Shown one piece after another: positions 28,744 through 40,400 of a stretch of DNA of 64,000 nt (positions are counted from its first letter, which is position 1; each line of letters opens with the position of its first letter). A program made the translations under genes and the position numbers. Source of the DNA: a virus (taxonomy: Duplodnaviria; Caudoviricetes); the IMG/VR virus record IMGVR_UViG_3300023172_000022, positions 12,302-76,301 of that record. One strand, written 5' to 3'. The notes under the pieces were generated by a model. The model made no database searches. It had not been told where the DNA came from and was given only the letters and a program-made list of their open reading frames with translations.

Positions 28744-30684
28744 TTAAATATTAATATCACTATTATAGATATTTTGGGCCTGCACCAAGCACATAACTCT
28801 CATTCCATTTCCATTGGGTAGAGTTGACCTTATACCTTGATATCTTCTATAATCTATGTTTGTACCATCGTATTTGTATGTTTGCATTGGGACATTACTA
28901 CTTTCCGCGACAACTTCAGCAGACGAGAAACAAATCAAGTCCATTTCTTCTTTAGGATACATGTACCTTTGACTGGTAAGTCCTGTAGGAAATGTAATTA
29001 CAAATCTGTTATCGTCCGTAATTGCAAGTTGTTCTTGCGGATTTATAATTGCATTACTATCTGTCTGGTGTTTTGTAGCTCGTTTGTGTGCGTCCCAAGG
29101 TTTCAATATATCCATTTCTCTAATAACAAATCTCCATATTTTTTTCTCTAAAAATTCATCTGCGAGATAGTCTTCTCTATCATAAGGATTTAAAATGTAT
29201 AGTGAATCTGTTAACTCAGAAACATTATAACTATTTCCTTGTGGATCGTATATCGGCCCCAATTCGTTGTCTACTGTTTGTAAGTTTGCAGCAGATTCTG
29301 AAAAATAAACCCCAAAATCTCTAGGCGTTATTCCTTCTCTAGAACATGAATAAATGCAGTGTACAGGAAAACGACTGGCCTCATCAGTTCTTGGCAATCC
29401 AGTTTCGTTATTAACTGTTCTTTGACAACAAATCCATGCATAGTTATCATTTTCATCTACGCCAGCTTCATTGTATAATGCTAAGAAAAATCCTCTTTCT
29501 GTAAGGGTGACTCTGTATGTTATTGGATATGTGCCGGCAACATTTGGATTTGCATCAGACGCAAGTGGAAATCTTTTAAACCAACCGGGCCCTTTTCGTT
29601 TATTTCTAAATCTAACAGAACGGGAATCAGAAGCAGGTTTGGTAACAACAATAACTGCACCATCAGCTGGGGCCACAGTAAAAGTTATATTATTTCCACT
29701 AACTGTATAATCTACTGCAAGAGTTTTAGTTGTTCCATCTACAACAACCGTATCTGTATTTGCAAATGATGGAATTTGTGTTATTGTAAATAGAGTTGTT
29801 TCCCCATCGCCCACAAATTGTTCTGATTGCGCCGTAGCAACCCAAGTAATATCTTCGTGATTGATATCTACAATTTCCCCAGGCAATCTAGAGACAGCTG
29901 TATTAATTGTTAATCCATTTTCGAGTGTAATTAATCCATCATTATAAGATAAATTATCTGACGTATTACCATCAATAAAAATTTGATTTTTAGTTCCAGT
30001 TTGAATTTTTAACCATGTGTAGGCTGGATTTGGAATACCAATACTATTTTCCCAACCTGTATTTAACAAAACATTAATTTGGTTATATCCTATATGTGCT
30101 GGAAATGCTTGCGCAAACTCTGTGTCATCTATTGTATTTCCAGTGACATATTCTACACCACCAATTTCTCTCAATTTAATATTTAATTGGTATAGTTCGT
30201 AGGCAAATTCTTTGTCTTCAGCATACAACCTTGGTCTTTCGTCGTATTCCATTCTCATTCTATATTTTTGATCTACACCTCTGGTTACTGTTCCTTGATT
30301 TGGTGACATATAATCAGATGTTTCCAGAATCACCACATGCTGTAATTTTATTCCGGCTCTAGGAGAAGAAGGTGCGTCTACTCCAAAGTTTGCTGTACCA
30401 GAATAATCCAATCCAGCGCTTGGATCCCCAATTTCTGTAAAAAAGTTTCTGGTTATATCGTTACCAGTGACTGCATCTACAAGTTTATTCGATTGCTCAG
30501 GAACACCATCCCACATTTGCCAAGATCTTATCAAATCTTGTCTAAGAGTATCTAACAAGCCAGCATTATCAATTGGGGCCCCACTACTAGAAAACCCGCC
30601 TGGTCCCTCAATTTTAGTAAGACCTACTCTTATAGTTGATGCCCCATAATGTTTAAATGTATTTAAATCTATCGGTGTCGTCAT
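28744..30684 (-). CDS. Virion structural protein, split-core paralog family member A (646 aa, shortest)
   Basis: Shared core with a single Ig-like FVGDG insert. Confidence 0.65.
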   Translation of the reverse strand: MTTPIDLNTFKHYGASTIRVGLTKIEGPGGFSSSGAPIDNAGLLDTLRQDLIRSWQMWDGVPEQSNKLVDAVTGNDITRNFFTEIGDPSAGLDYSGTANFGVDAPSSPRAGIKLQHVVILETSDYMSPNQGTVTRGVDQKYRMRMEYDERPRLYAEDKEFAYELYQLNIKLREIGGVEYVTGNTIDDTEFAQAFPAHIGYNQINVLLNTGWENSIGIPNPAYTWLKIQTGTKNQIFIDGNTSDNLSYNDGLITLENGLTINTAVSRLPGEIVDINHEDITWVATAQSEQFVGDGETTLFTITQIPSFANTDTVVVDGTTKTLAVDYTVSGNNITFTVAPADGAVIVVTKPASDSRSVRFRNKRKGPGWFKRFPLASDANPNVAGTYPITYRVTLTERGFFLALYNEAGVDENDNYAWICCQRTVNNETGLPRTDEASRFPVHCIYSCSREGITPRDFGVYFSESAANLQTVDNELGPIYDPQGNSYNVSELTDSLYILNPYDREDYLADEFLEKKIWRFVIREMDILKPWDAHKRATKHQTDSNAIINPQEQLAITDDNRFVITFPTGLTSQRYMYPKEEMDLICFSSAEVVAESSNVPMQTYKYDGTNIDYRRYQGIRSTLPNGNGMRVMCLVQAQNIYNSDINI

Positions 30685-30729
30685 ATTTTTACTCTTTTTG
30701 ATTTATAGATAATTATATTTATCTCGTTT

Positions 30730-31320
30730 TCAGCCTTCTATTCCATAAAATCCAATTTTAACTGCAATATCATATAAACCAGAACCATTGGGTATAAATT
30801 CTTCATCATCTGAAAATGCCAATACTGCTATTTGGTGGTCAGATAATTGTGGTATGAAAAAACTAGAAACTATTTCTCCCCCAACTGTCCCATCATCTTT
30901 TTCCAATGCCGCGCCAATCTCTTCGTTTACAAAAAGATTATTAGCCCAAGTTTGCGAATCTTCCATCAAAAAATAACCAATTGTGTAAAATCCATTTGTT
31001 TTAAATTTTAAATCTACATTAATTGTAGTTAAAGCGATTGGACATTCATTTGGATCTATGCCTAAATCTATTAGACTTTGATTTGTCACAAGTGGGCCAC
31101 GAAATGCAACATCTCTAATTGGCGTATAAAGCGCTGGTTGCAATGTTGAATGATAACTCTTTAACATTACATTTGCATTAATGTTTGTCCCATATATAGT
31201 GCCAGCTGATACTGATTGAGTGGCATTTTCAAGACCCTGCAACCTAACAGAATAAACAAAATTATCTTCTTGATTTGAACTTGTCCAAGGACTTGTCACT
31301 ATAGTATCCATTATCTCCAC
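30730..31320 (-). CDS. Hypothetical protein (196 aa)
   Basis: ORF coupled to the upstream gene. Confidence 0.6.
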   Translation of the reverse strand: MEIMDTIVTSPWTSSNQEDNFVYSVRLQGLENATQSVSAGTIYGTNINANVMLKSYHSTLQPALYTPIRDVAFRGPLVTNQSLIDLGIDPNECPIALTTINVDLKFKTNGFYTIGYFLMEDSQTWANNLFVNEEIGAALEKDDGTVGGEIVSSFFIPQLSDHQIAVLAFSDDEEFIPNGSGLYDIAVKIGFYGIEG

Positions 31321-33356
31321 CCACTTCCTCTATGTTTAATTGTATAATATGTCATATCATAAGAAGAATGCTGACGGGAAACACCGTCCGGTCCAGTGAC
31401 ATAAAAATCAAACTTATTTTTGTCTCTCCACTCATAATATGCGATCCAAATCGGATAGTATTTATCTTTAGTGAGATAAACATTACCACTTGTGTTACAT
31501 TTGTAACGACGGTTTCCAAGATACCCCGTCACTTTATTACTATCAGTCGATTGTCCAAATCCTTTATCTTTACCACCATGAACTGCGTGTCTACCAAGCC
31601 AAATAGCAGAACCATCATCCGAACATACTGTAAATTTAAAATGTCCAGTTTGTTTCGGAACAAAAAATCCTCTCCATTCATAAGTGTCAAGCAGCAAACG
31701 AGTGCCACCTCTGTCTATTTGTATTTTCCCAGTTCTGGTTGCCGTATAGGTTCCACCAACACCAAATCCAGAAGGGCCCCCATAGCTAAGTCTTAAATTT
31801 CCTGTGTCGTGATAATACTCCAAAAATCCATTTCCATATGTTGGTAAATCTTGAATATAGTTTCTCAATATATCACCAACTTTTGGTTTATCTCCATCAT
31901 AGTAAAGAGTTTTTCCATTGTCACCAGTTATTTTCCAATCTCTTGTGCCAACCGAGTCAACATCAACTTTTGCAACTCGACTTCTACCATCATATCGATC
32001 AACTTCAACAATTGAATCGCCTATCATTTCTGGTTCACTAAAAGTTGTTAAATTTCTTGCAATTGAAGTGTCTGTAGTAAAGTGTGGATAAACCTTTTTC
32101 CAAGAACCATTTTCCTTTACCCAAATATCTTTAGGTTCTTTCCAAACATTACTGTCTTTTACAAATATTTCTTTGGGAACCCACCATTTTGCTGTGCCAT
32201 CATCTATTGACATTGGACTATCAATTGGTGACTTTATTGTTTGTGGCTTAATCAATGAAATTATATTTCTGTCGAACGTTGTACCCTTTACTGACAATCT
32301 GTACCATTTATAAGTAGAAGGAGTTTCGAGTTTTGCACTTACATATAAATTACTATCTATATCTAGTCCACCATCGCCATACAAATCATTAAATGTCCCA
32401 TCGGTATTAAAAGTGAAGTGAAATTTTCTTTTCTGTTTTATAGTTTTTTCTATTTCTTTGTAAGTCGTAACATTTGAAATTCCAAATCTATGTTTTTGTC
32501 TTTCTGGACCATTTGGTTTGTTATATCTAAACTGTAAAATATGTTGTCCTGTTAAATGTTTAACTTTAAATTTATAATTAGTCCATACAGTATCAGAATC
32601 AGAATTTAAAGTAATTTTCAGCAGTTTTTGCGCACCTTCGGCCAATTCGACATTATCATCCAAACCACGAACATCTACTATCAATGTTTCGTCACTGAGG
32701 GGCGTTTTTCCTCCGTTTGAATTATTACCAACAATTGCCCAAAACTCAATATAATCACTATCTGTCAAATCTAATGGTAAAGGAAATATTCCACCACCAG
32801 CCGATGATGCAGACTCACCCCAATTATCTGGAGAAAATGATCTATATCCTGTTATTTTATCAAATTCCGAATTACTTGGTTTTGCAAAATCACCACCATC
32901 TCCCGATCCATTTCCAAAATTGTGTCTGCGCACATCAAGTTTTTGATTGTATGTTTTTCTTGAATAACTCGAAGGTATCGAACCGGAACCAATTCTTCCA
33001 ACCTCATACCAAGGTCCGTTAAAATCTACCGCACCTTCGAGTTTAACTATATCTTCTTTTGCGCCAAATGCCTCTGTCCAATCAACGTCCACTCTAATTG
33101 CTAGGTTATTATCAGAATCTTTGTATGAGTGGTTTGGACCAATAGAAAATGGTGGTGTGTAAACTCTCTGAGGAATATTGACTAAACTTTGTAAGAGATT
33201 ACCTTCTGGCGGATAAACTTCTCGCAGATCTTCATATAATCTAGATTCTTCTCTTGGCAAACCTATAGCCTTTTTTCTATCCCAACGCAAATTTATATTT
33301 GTCGAGATTTCAGTTGAAGTTTGAGAGATTGTATCGTCTTTGATTAGTAATGGCAT
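31311..33356 (-). CDS. Putative receptor-binding protein with C-terminal PA14/GLEYA carbohydrate-binding domain
   Basis: EWRGFFVPKQTGHFKF...SDDGSAIWLG...YYPIWIAY.E...F...GPDG PA14 pattern, plus a central VK...WK...WVK.NGSWKKVY docking motif. Confidence 0.7.
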   Translation of the reverse strand: MPLLIKDDTISQTSTEISTNINLRWDRKKAIGLPREESRLYEDLREVYPPEGNLLQSLVNIPQRVYTPPFSIGPNHSYKDSDNNLAIRVDVDWTEAFGAKEDIVKLEGAVDFNGPWYEVGRIGSGSIPSSYSRKTYNQKLDVRRHNFGNGSGDGGDFAKPSNSEFDKITGYRSFSPDNWGESASSAGGGIFPLPLDLTDSDYIEFWAIVGNNSNGGKTPLSDETLIVDVRGLDDNVELAEGAQKLLKITLNSDSDTVWTNYKFKVKHLTGQHILQFRYNKPNGPERQKHRFGISNVTTYKEIEKTIKQKRKFHFTFNTDGTFNDLYGDGGLDIDSNLYVSAKLETPSTYKWYRLSVKGTTFDRNIISLIKPQTIKSPIDSPMSIDDGTAKWWVPKEIFVKDSNVWKEPKDIWVKENGSWKKVYPHFTTDTSIARNLTTFSEPEMIGDSIVEVDRYDGRSRVAKVDVDSVGTRDWKITGDNGKTLYYDGDKPKVGDILRNYIQDLPTYGNGFLEYYHDTGNLRLSYGGPSGFGVGGTYTATRTGKIQIDRGGTRLLLDTYEWRGFFVPKQTGHFKFTVCSDDGSAIWLGRHAVHGGKDKGFGQSTDSNKVTGYLGNRRYKCNTSGNVYLTKDKYYPIWIAYYEWRDKNKFDFYVTGPDGVSRQHSSYDMTYYTIKHRGSGWR

Positions 33357-33366
33357 TTAAATATCC

Positions 33367-34254
33367 TTATATTCTATACCAAACATCACCATTATTTCCA
33401 ACACTGTTGTTAGGATTTGCAGATGAAATATACTGATCGTGAACCGACTGATTACCTAAATTTCTATATGTAATAGATGTAATATGTCCAGCGGAATCTG
33501 TAGTAACTTTCCTAATGACTGTAGTACCCGTCATAGTATCCGAAGATGGATTAGTTCCTTGCAATGCGTGTGACAAAGTAACATCATTACCACTCACACT
33601 TCTTGTAATTAAAGAATTATCTGATAATACATTAGACGCAGATATTTTACCATCAATTTCTGTTGCTGAACTAGCTATTGCAGAACCAACATATCCTAGT
33701 GCAGTCCTAATTGCAGAGACTTCTGCATCCAATGCTAGAACATCTAACTTAACATTATTGTTATTTGCAATTGTACCATCCGTATCTATATTACCATCTG
33801 CATCAAAACCCAAAGATGTTAGTAATGAACTAATAAGTGAATCTGTCGCATTAGCCTGTACTTGTACTACCGAAGTAGCACTAGTTAGTGTTGAATTTAC
33901 ATTATTAAGAGATTGTGTTAGTGTCTGATTGAGAGAATTAACACTACTATCAATCTGACCCGACAAATCACCAGACAATTTAACGTGTAAGGACTCAATA
34001 GTGTTACTAATACTAGTCCCTCTATAACTAGCATCAATATCAGTTAAATTTCCAACAAGCGTTTCGACATTATCTGTTTTTGTTTTAACTTCGTTCACAG
34101 CACCAACAACATTTTGGGCCGTAGTGTTTAATCCATCGTCGGCACCAATCAAGTTCTGTGTATATAAAAGACTTGCTCTGTTTTGATTTGTTTTAGTTGC
34201 CCATGAATCAAATGTATCAGTTCTTAATACTTCAGATGTTGTTGGATATGTCAT
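33367..34254 (-). CDS. Short fibre/baseplate-attached coiled-coil protein
   Basis: N-terminal TDTFDSW..KTN and LNTTAQNVVGAVNE motifs; C-terminal P....GNNGDVWY motif. Confidence 0.6.
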   Translation of the reverse strand: MTYPTTSEVLRTDTFDSWATKTNQNRASLLYTQNLIGADDGLNTTAQNVVGAVNEVKTKTDNVETLVGNLTDIDASYRGTSISNTIESLHVKLSGDLSGQIDSSVNSLNQTLTQSLNNVNSTLTSATSVVQVQANATDSLISSLLTSLGFDADGNIDTDGTIANNNNVKLDVLALDAEVSAIRTALGYVGSAIASSATEIDGKISASNVLSDNSLITRSVSGNDVTLSHALQGTNPSSDTMTGTTVIRKVTTDSAGHITSITYRNLGNQSVHDQYISSANPNNSVGNNGDVWYRI

Positions 34255-34255
34255 T

Positions 34256-34465
34256 TTAATTTCTCTCTAAAAGTTTAGTTAACATTTGTTTTATTTCACT
34301 TACATCAGACTTTAGTTTTTCAATTTCTTCTCTCTTGTCTTGTTCCCTTGAAACTCGTTTAAGGTATTTAAGATATGCAGTATCGTCATTATTAATAATT
34401 GCTTTAGAAAATGAATCTCTTAATAAATTTTTATCTTCTTTTACAATTAATTTTTTATTTTCCAT
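34256..34465 (-). CDS. Conserved small protein of marine T4-like phages, typically downstream of the DUF4815 gene
   Basis: L.RD..S.AIIN.D...Y..Y...EI..LK.DV.EIK.ML..LL pattern. Start placed at the second ATG because the first overlaps the promoter. Confidence 0.7.
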   Translation of the reverse strand: MENKKLIVKEDKNLLRDSFSKAIINNDDTAYLKYLKRVSREQDKREEIEKLKSDVSEIKQMLTKLLERN

Positions 34466-34470
34466 ACTCA

Positions 34471-34478
34471 TATTTATA
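34471..34478 (-). promoter_or_regulatory. T4-type late promoter TATAAATA
   Basis: Exact consensus in a short intergenic gap. Confidence 0.7.
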
Positions 34479-34487
34479 AACCTTTAT

Positions 34488-37400
34488 TTACTTCGCCAAT
34501 GCAATAATTCTAAGATCTGTGACTTTTGGAACCACAGCTGTGTTATTTGACTTCAATACTATTTTGACACCCAAAGAAACAAATTCTTCTAAATTTTGAA
34601 CATCAAATTCATAATCTATAAAGCTACCATCGGGCGTGGGATTCGAAAATCCTTGTGGTTTAGTGAATTCTACATAAGGCATTTCTCTGTATATATCACC
34701 TTCGGAAGTTTTTATTTTATAATAGAAATCTATATCTGTATCAACTGGTTTTGAAACCGCAACCCTCATATTAATAGATGTTGCTGGATTTGCAAGTTTA
34801 ATTTCTCTTGTGATATATTTCGCAAGTCCCGCGCCGCCCTGTGCGCTAGTTTCAAGATCCTCTTCTGGAGTATTTGAAACTACAAGTGGATTATTAATTC
34901 TATTAGAAATAAGAGTTGCACTCACTCGTTGAAGATCTAACATTGGCGAAAGGTGAGATACATCACTGTTCAGTGTAATTTTATAAACAAGAGATTTCCT
35001 ATCTACATTATTACTTTGTCCAGCGAACCAATCTTCGTTAATAGAGTTTGAAACGAGTCTTGGAGTTTTAAAGAATGTATTTTCATTTGGTTCAAAATCT
35101 CTGTACAACAAATCTTTAACGCCAGGAGTATAAATTGTCTGACCAAGTGAGCCACCAGATGTTGTTTTCATTTGATATCTTATACTTGTATTTGGATAAG
35201 TTGTAGTTGTCAGTTGAGGACAAATAATATCATATCTGTAATTTACTAAAACATATGCAGAATCGATATCAGTTCTATATGGGTCTACGACAGCATCAAA
35301 CCTACCACTACTAGAAGCTGTTTCTGACGAACCAGGCAGTGGCCACAAGGTCTTTACAAAATCAGATGGAGCTCTGGAATAAGTTTGAGTACTACCACCA
35401 AATTGTGTTGCCAATACGGCCGGATCAGTAGAAGTTAGATTATTTGTGTGATCTTGTATAGTAGATTGTTTTTGATTGTTTATATCAATTGTAAAAGAGT
35501 CTACATCAAACGCAACAACTTTATGGAAGCCGTTTATTTTACCACCACGAATTCCAGATGTGGCGCCAGTATCAGTTGTACCACCATAAATTGTCGTAGA
35601 AAGAAGTCCATCAATACCAACATAAAAGTTATTTGTATAATTTACTTCATCTACAATACCGTGATTTGGACAATGAATTTTGACTAATGTAGAATCTTTT
35701 GTTGTTTCAATTGACCTTTTACCAAGTTTTACCTTTTGTACAATTTTAGAATTATCATCTTTTGGAGAATTTACAAAATAAACTTCTGATGGTCTAGAAT
35801 TATCAAATTCCTGTCTGTAGAGTGTAAATTTAATATCTTCGTTTTGTTCTGCATTCCATGCTTGGTTATTTGAAGATTTAAACATAACTCCTGCATTTGG
35901 TTGTTTTGAGATAATACCAGAACCATCAAGTGCTTGTTCTCCCAACCGTGACACATGTAATCTATAATCAACCGAGTCGGTGATAACTACAAAACACACT
36001 TGAGTTCCTTCTTCTACATATACTGGTGAAGGAAATTTAAAATTAGTAGCTACACTACCATCAGCTGATGTAAATATTTTTTGACCAACATATGAAGCTT
36101 CACCGGTCGTTTCATCAATTTCAACCCCCCAAGCTGGTTCTAATACTGCCGCTTCCCCAATAATCATTTGGCCAGGATATCCATTAACAACATTTCTCAA
36201 TTCTACTCTAATTGGAGTAAGATCCTTTGTTGGAATTCTTTGGAAAAACAAATCAATTGATGAAAGATAACATCCCCCAGCTGCTTCTGTCGAATCCAAC
36301 TCAAAAGTTTGTGCAATTGGGTCAAAGAAAAAGAAAAACGTGGCAGCTGCCGCGAGTGCACCTCTGCCATCAGAGCCTCTGCCATCAGAGCCGCTATCAG
36401 TTTCCTGAACTGGAGCCGGTAAAGTTCCATTTCCAGTAATAACTCTTCTGGTATCATTTTCAATAAGAGTTCTATTATCACTTAAAGCTGTATTGGTAAA
36501 ATTAGGAACCCTCGTGTTTACAAAAGTTTCTTGTTTAGTGTCGATAAATCCAGAAGCAGCAAACATCGCAGATGCCTCAGTACCAACATCAGTAGAATTT
36601 GGAGTTGGCTGATCAGACAATCTGAATTCTTTTTCTCCGACTCTAAATCTAATGTTATCCGAGGATGGTAAATCGAAGAAACCACGAATAACTCCATTAC
36701 TATTAGTTCTTAATGTTGCACTATCAAATTCTGACAAAAATCTACCAACAGGCATGGAGAGATCGCCTTGGAGTACAGACCCTTCCCCACCTCTAATAGT
36801 TAGTTGCATAGGTTCCCCAGCATTTGGGTCAGTTCCTTGGAAATCAATCCCCTCCAATGGTTCATCAGTTCTAGTAGTAAAGAATCTTAAACTATTTGTA
36901 GAAACATATTCTACTCCATACACAATTCTTTCGGCGCCACTAGTTAATCCAACAAGTCTGGCCACCCCTAATTGTCTATTAATAAAATCAAAAAGCATTC
37001 CGTTTGGTCTAGAATCAGTTACACCCTGTCCTAATATTTCAAGAGCAGTTTGACCTAATGAGTCTACGACAACTTCATCAATTGGTGTGCAGAATTCAGA
37101 CACATCAATACCATCAAATGTTGCATAAAGTTTTGTAGTTTCCTTCATACCAGAGCCAGTAAAGAAAATTCTTTTTTCTCTCATAAAAGGTATAATCTCA
37201 GTACTGATCATTCTATCACCAAAACTATCAGTAACAATAGAAGAATTGAGGTCAACTCGTCTACCCGTTCTTTCCTGATCCGTTAAAATATTAAATGATT
37301 CAGTAACACTATCTTCCCAAGTAAGTGTGTTCCAATTTTCATCTCTTTCATTTTCTACCCTACTTACTATTTCCTCGCCTACATTTGTTGTTTGCCAAGA

Positions 37401-40400
37401 ATTCCAATGTGTGCCCAAAATCCCCATTTCGTTTGCAAGGAATTCAAAGTTATCAAACATATTATCTCTATTAATTTCCAAATCTGGTCTTCTATCAACT
37501 TCTCTCCAATCATCTGAACTTGGAGATAAAATTAGATTGCCCTTATACATTGCCTCTGCAAATGGATTTGGATTTACATATTTTGACGAAACTGTATTTT
37601 GGGCGACTACACTTTGACCAGCGAAAGGTAGATAAATTTGTCCATTGTGCATTTCATAATTATTAGAAACAACATCTGTCAAAACCATATTGACATTTCT
37701 TTCATCACCCTTTGGTCTCATAAGACGTTTTTTACCATCAACTGCAATAGAGTAATTGGGATCGAAAACATCACCAATGCCATGACCTACAAACGGCTCA
37801 ACAATAAATCCATTTTTAAATCTGTCTAAACCATTTTCATCCAAAATAACTAGATCTTTTGTTTCTTTTTCGAGCAAAGAAAGTGTAGTGTAGTATTCTA
37901 ATGTGTTAATTCTTTTTTCAAGTTTTCCGATATCTCGCATCGTGTATCGTTTATTTTCAACTTTTTCTATGATAATATCTTTTGGACTTAAAGTGAATGG
38001 TCTGTTTGACAATTTAAATAAAACCATACCTTCACTTGGGTCTTTTGGATATTGCGGACTCATAGAAGAAGCACCATAAATAACTTCAAATTGACCGTTC
38101 TTGGTCAATATTACTTTATCTTTCCTTGGCAGATATTGACGATAATCAGTAATAACTGTCGTTTCATTTATAGGAAAATATACGTTATTTGCTGTTTCTC
38201 CAACTTTCAAAAAAACTTTATCAGGGTTAGTTGTGGCTGTAACAGCGGGTCTAAAATCAAGAACATCTGTTAAAAAATTACCTTCAAATTTTGGAATGCT
38301 TCTATAATCAACATTTCCATATGAGTTTACAGAAGCATAATCTCCTGAACTATGTGAAAAATAATCATAAACAACTACAGGTCTACCAGCACAAATAGTT
38401 TCTCTTGGTTTCAGTCTGGCCTGCCCAAGTTTAAGTACGCCTGGTCTCTGTCCATTATCAAAATCGTAACTATCGGTGATGTCTAAAATTTTTGCCGGTT
38501 GTGAAATGCCGTTTCCAAAATTATATCCATGCGCCTGCGCTGGTGTATTTGGGATAGGAGTTCCTGCCGCAATAGCTATATTGTATTCTTTTGCAAACGG
38601 CGCATCTGGATAAAGAGCAGGATCGAGGTTATACGGATTTGTAACACCAGTTGCCTCGTAGTAACTCCAAGCCTTATAGGCAAACTCAAAGTCTTCCTTA
38701 GTCATATCACTAATATATTTTACCGTTCCAAAAATATCTGTTTGAAAGACCACATTCCAAGGATGGCATGTATCATAAATTGCGTGTAATTTAGAAATAT
38801 CTGAATTTTTTAGTTGTAGATAATCTAAACTATAAGAAACTGAATTGGCATCACTAAACGTGCCGTTAAAAGAATTACCCAAGGTTCCTATGGCGTCACC
38901 TTCCGCCCCAAACTTATCATCAGTTTCCATAATGGTGGGTGTTATTGTCTCTGGATTTGTCGGTTTAGTTAAATCTGCGCCCGAAGAAGAATCTAACAAA
39001 CTATACGGTAAGTCAACTTGTCCCAACACCAAAGTTTTAGTTTTTTCTTGTGGGACACTAATCACTGTTGGTGCTAGGAGAACAATTTGCGAAATGCCGA
39101 GCGGGATTTGCTCTATAGTTATCTCTCTATTTCCTACAGCACTATTAAAACTAACCTCAATATTTCCAGCAAACTCAGTATCACTTAATTTGGGTTGGTT
39201 GTCTATAATTTCACCATATGTGGGAGTTGCACCACCACTGGTTTTTGTGTAAATTTGGTATCCATCATTAGAATCACTCCAAATTGGGTAAAAAGATTCA
39301 TTCAAATTTGAAGTTACAATAGTTGCCGCCTGATTAGTAACTGAAGCTGTGTATTCTTTCAATAACGTATATGTTGTGTCATTTGTAATTGAACCAGTCT
39401 GTTCATCAACATTTCTCAAAGAACTCACAAATTTACTTCCAGTTTTTACTATGTTAGAACCACCAGTTTCAAATACATTTTGGTGACTATAAATTTGAGC
39501 GGTAAGTGATAATTCTGATCTTACTTCATCCTCAAACGCAATTCTTTCATTCGATGTCAGAATGCTATTAAAACCAGCATTTGTTCCGACTGTATTACCA
39601 TATCCTAGAGTCTTTACCAGAATATTGTTGTCTTCAGATGTATGATATACAATACCCAAAGAAGCTGGTAATGACGAACTTGGTGGACGATCTTTGCTCT
39701 TTATAATTTTTTTATCAATGCCACTAACGACTGCACTTGCATTATATAATTTATATTGACTTAGAACTGACCCAGTGAAATTAGGTTTTAAGTTAGAAGT
39801 ATTGCCTGACGATTGTGAAATATACTCTGTGCCCGCGATACCACGAACATCTTCCCAAGAATATCTGTCCTTTTTAAGTCCAGTGTATGCATCTACATAT
39901 TCTGGAGTTCTGAATTCTACATCATACAAATAAACTTTGTAAATTAAATTTGTTCCCTGAGGAAGTGAACCGGGCGATGTGATCGTACCTGATGTAGCAA
40001 ACAAAGATTTTTCATAATCATTTTCAAAATCGCCTGCATAATATTCAATAGATTTTATTTTTGCGGTCCCTACAACATCAATTTGATGTATATTCGCAGT
40101 TGTAATTGCATTAGTATCTGGCCATAGTTCTGATGTTGTATCTGAGGTTGTTACAAATCCGTTAGTTGTAGTATTATAGTAGTAAGTATTGCCTTGATAC
40201 CAAGTGGTGTTTACAAGAATTGCTCTATCATTTATTTTTGGCAAAGACATCAAATCACTAACATAAATGTAATTGCCTAAATTTACAGGCAGTCTCACAT
40301 TATTTTCTTGTTTTTCATCAAGTGCTCTTTTATAATTAATATGAGTTTTGCCAATTGTGTTAATTCTATATCCTTGCACATAAGCTTTACCACTGTCAAT

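Noticed and set aside
7662-33356. Diversity-generating retroelement acting on fibre or paralog genes
   Set aside because: No reverse transcriptase in the window, and no template/variable repeat pair differing at adenines was seen by eye.
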